Assembly (NCBI GenBank): GCA_002269645.1
Contig: NIVC01000037.1
Location: 1,335,121 to 1,399,120 of the forward strand
Direction: 5' to 3'
Length of the DNA: 64,000 nucleotides
Origin: Macrostomum lignano
Lineage: Eukaryota
Shown: positions 48,476 through 64,000 of the stretch, piece after piece
Numbering within the stretch: position 1 is the stretch's first letter
How the letters are laid out: the number at the start of each line of letters is the position of its first letter
The notes under the pieces: model-generated
Databases searched by the model: none
Seen by the model: the letters and a program-made list of their open reading frames with translations, nothing else
What the model was told of the DNA's origin: nothing
Translations under genes and position numbers: made by a program

Positions 48476-48840
48476 ATGAGTATGAGTGTGAAAATGAGTA
48501 TGACTCATCACACAATGAGAATAACTCATCAACCCATGGGTATTACTCATCACCTCATGAGTATGACTCATCAACCCATGAGTATGACTCATCAACTCAT
48601 AAGTATGACTCATCAACTCATAAGTATGAATCATCAACCCATGAGTTTGACTCATCAACCCATGAGTATGACTCATCAACCCATGAGTATGACTCATCAA
48701 CCCATGAGTATGACTCATCAACCCATGAGTATGACTCATCAACCCATGAGTATGACTCATCAACCCATGAGTATGACTCATCAACCCATGAGTATGACTC
48801 ATCACCTCATGAGTATGACTCATCAACCCATGATTATGAC
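48476..48840. repeat. 21-bp minisatellite (ATGAGTATGACTCATCAACCC) between the two SLC6 units
   Basis: Direct reading; each unit carries ATGACTCAT. Confidence 0.93.
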
Positions 48841-48954
48841 TTGTACTTTATACATGTAAGCGTAATTCATCACCACATTCGAATGTGACTCATCTCCAAT
48901 AATTGTGCCTCATCATCCCAAAAGTGTCACCCAACCAAACCGCTCCCTTGTCAG

Positions 48955-64000
<15,046 letters not shown>

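Overview
Eukaryotic (animal) genomic DNA, not prokaryotic. GC-rich spliced exons, introns filled with unrelated mini/microsatellites, and RTE/mariner relics suggest a flatworm such as Macrostomum (inference). Most long ORFs in the supplied track are artefacts of tandem repeats. Manual splicing gives four genes. (1) A 10-exon minus-strand gene (9579->2453, ~354 aa), almost invisible in the ORF track, encoding about 11 NP[LIV]TG-type repeats, mostly one per symmetric phase-1 exon. (2) A two-exon glypican (22774-26270) with a long Pro-rich, multi-Ser-Gly stalk and a GPI-type tail. (3) A 12-exon SLC6/NSS transporter (35270-47984). (4) A second, divergent SLC6 unit (48955->64000, open at the window end). 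Its first exon has no upstream in-frame ATG, so it needs either a spliced-leader AUG or in-frame cis-splicing from gene 3 into a tandem double transporter. It also carries two apparently mutually exclusive TM8-TM9 exons. Mobile DNA: two RTE-like RT fragments, a Loa/I-group LINE 3' end, a decayed mariner, a tRNA-derived SINE, a hAT-type MITE, other TIR elements with 8-bp TSDs, and an LTR-like promoter/PBS segment next to a hairpin cluster. About 39 distinct tandem arrays are present; several are multimers of splice signals or transcription-factor motifs. All exon coordinates were derived by hand and lack transcript confirmation.
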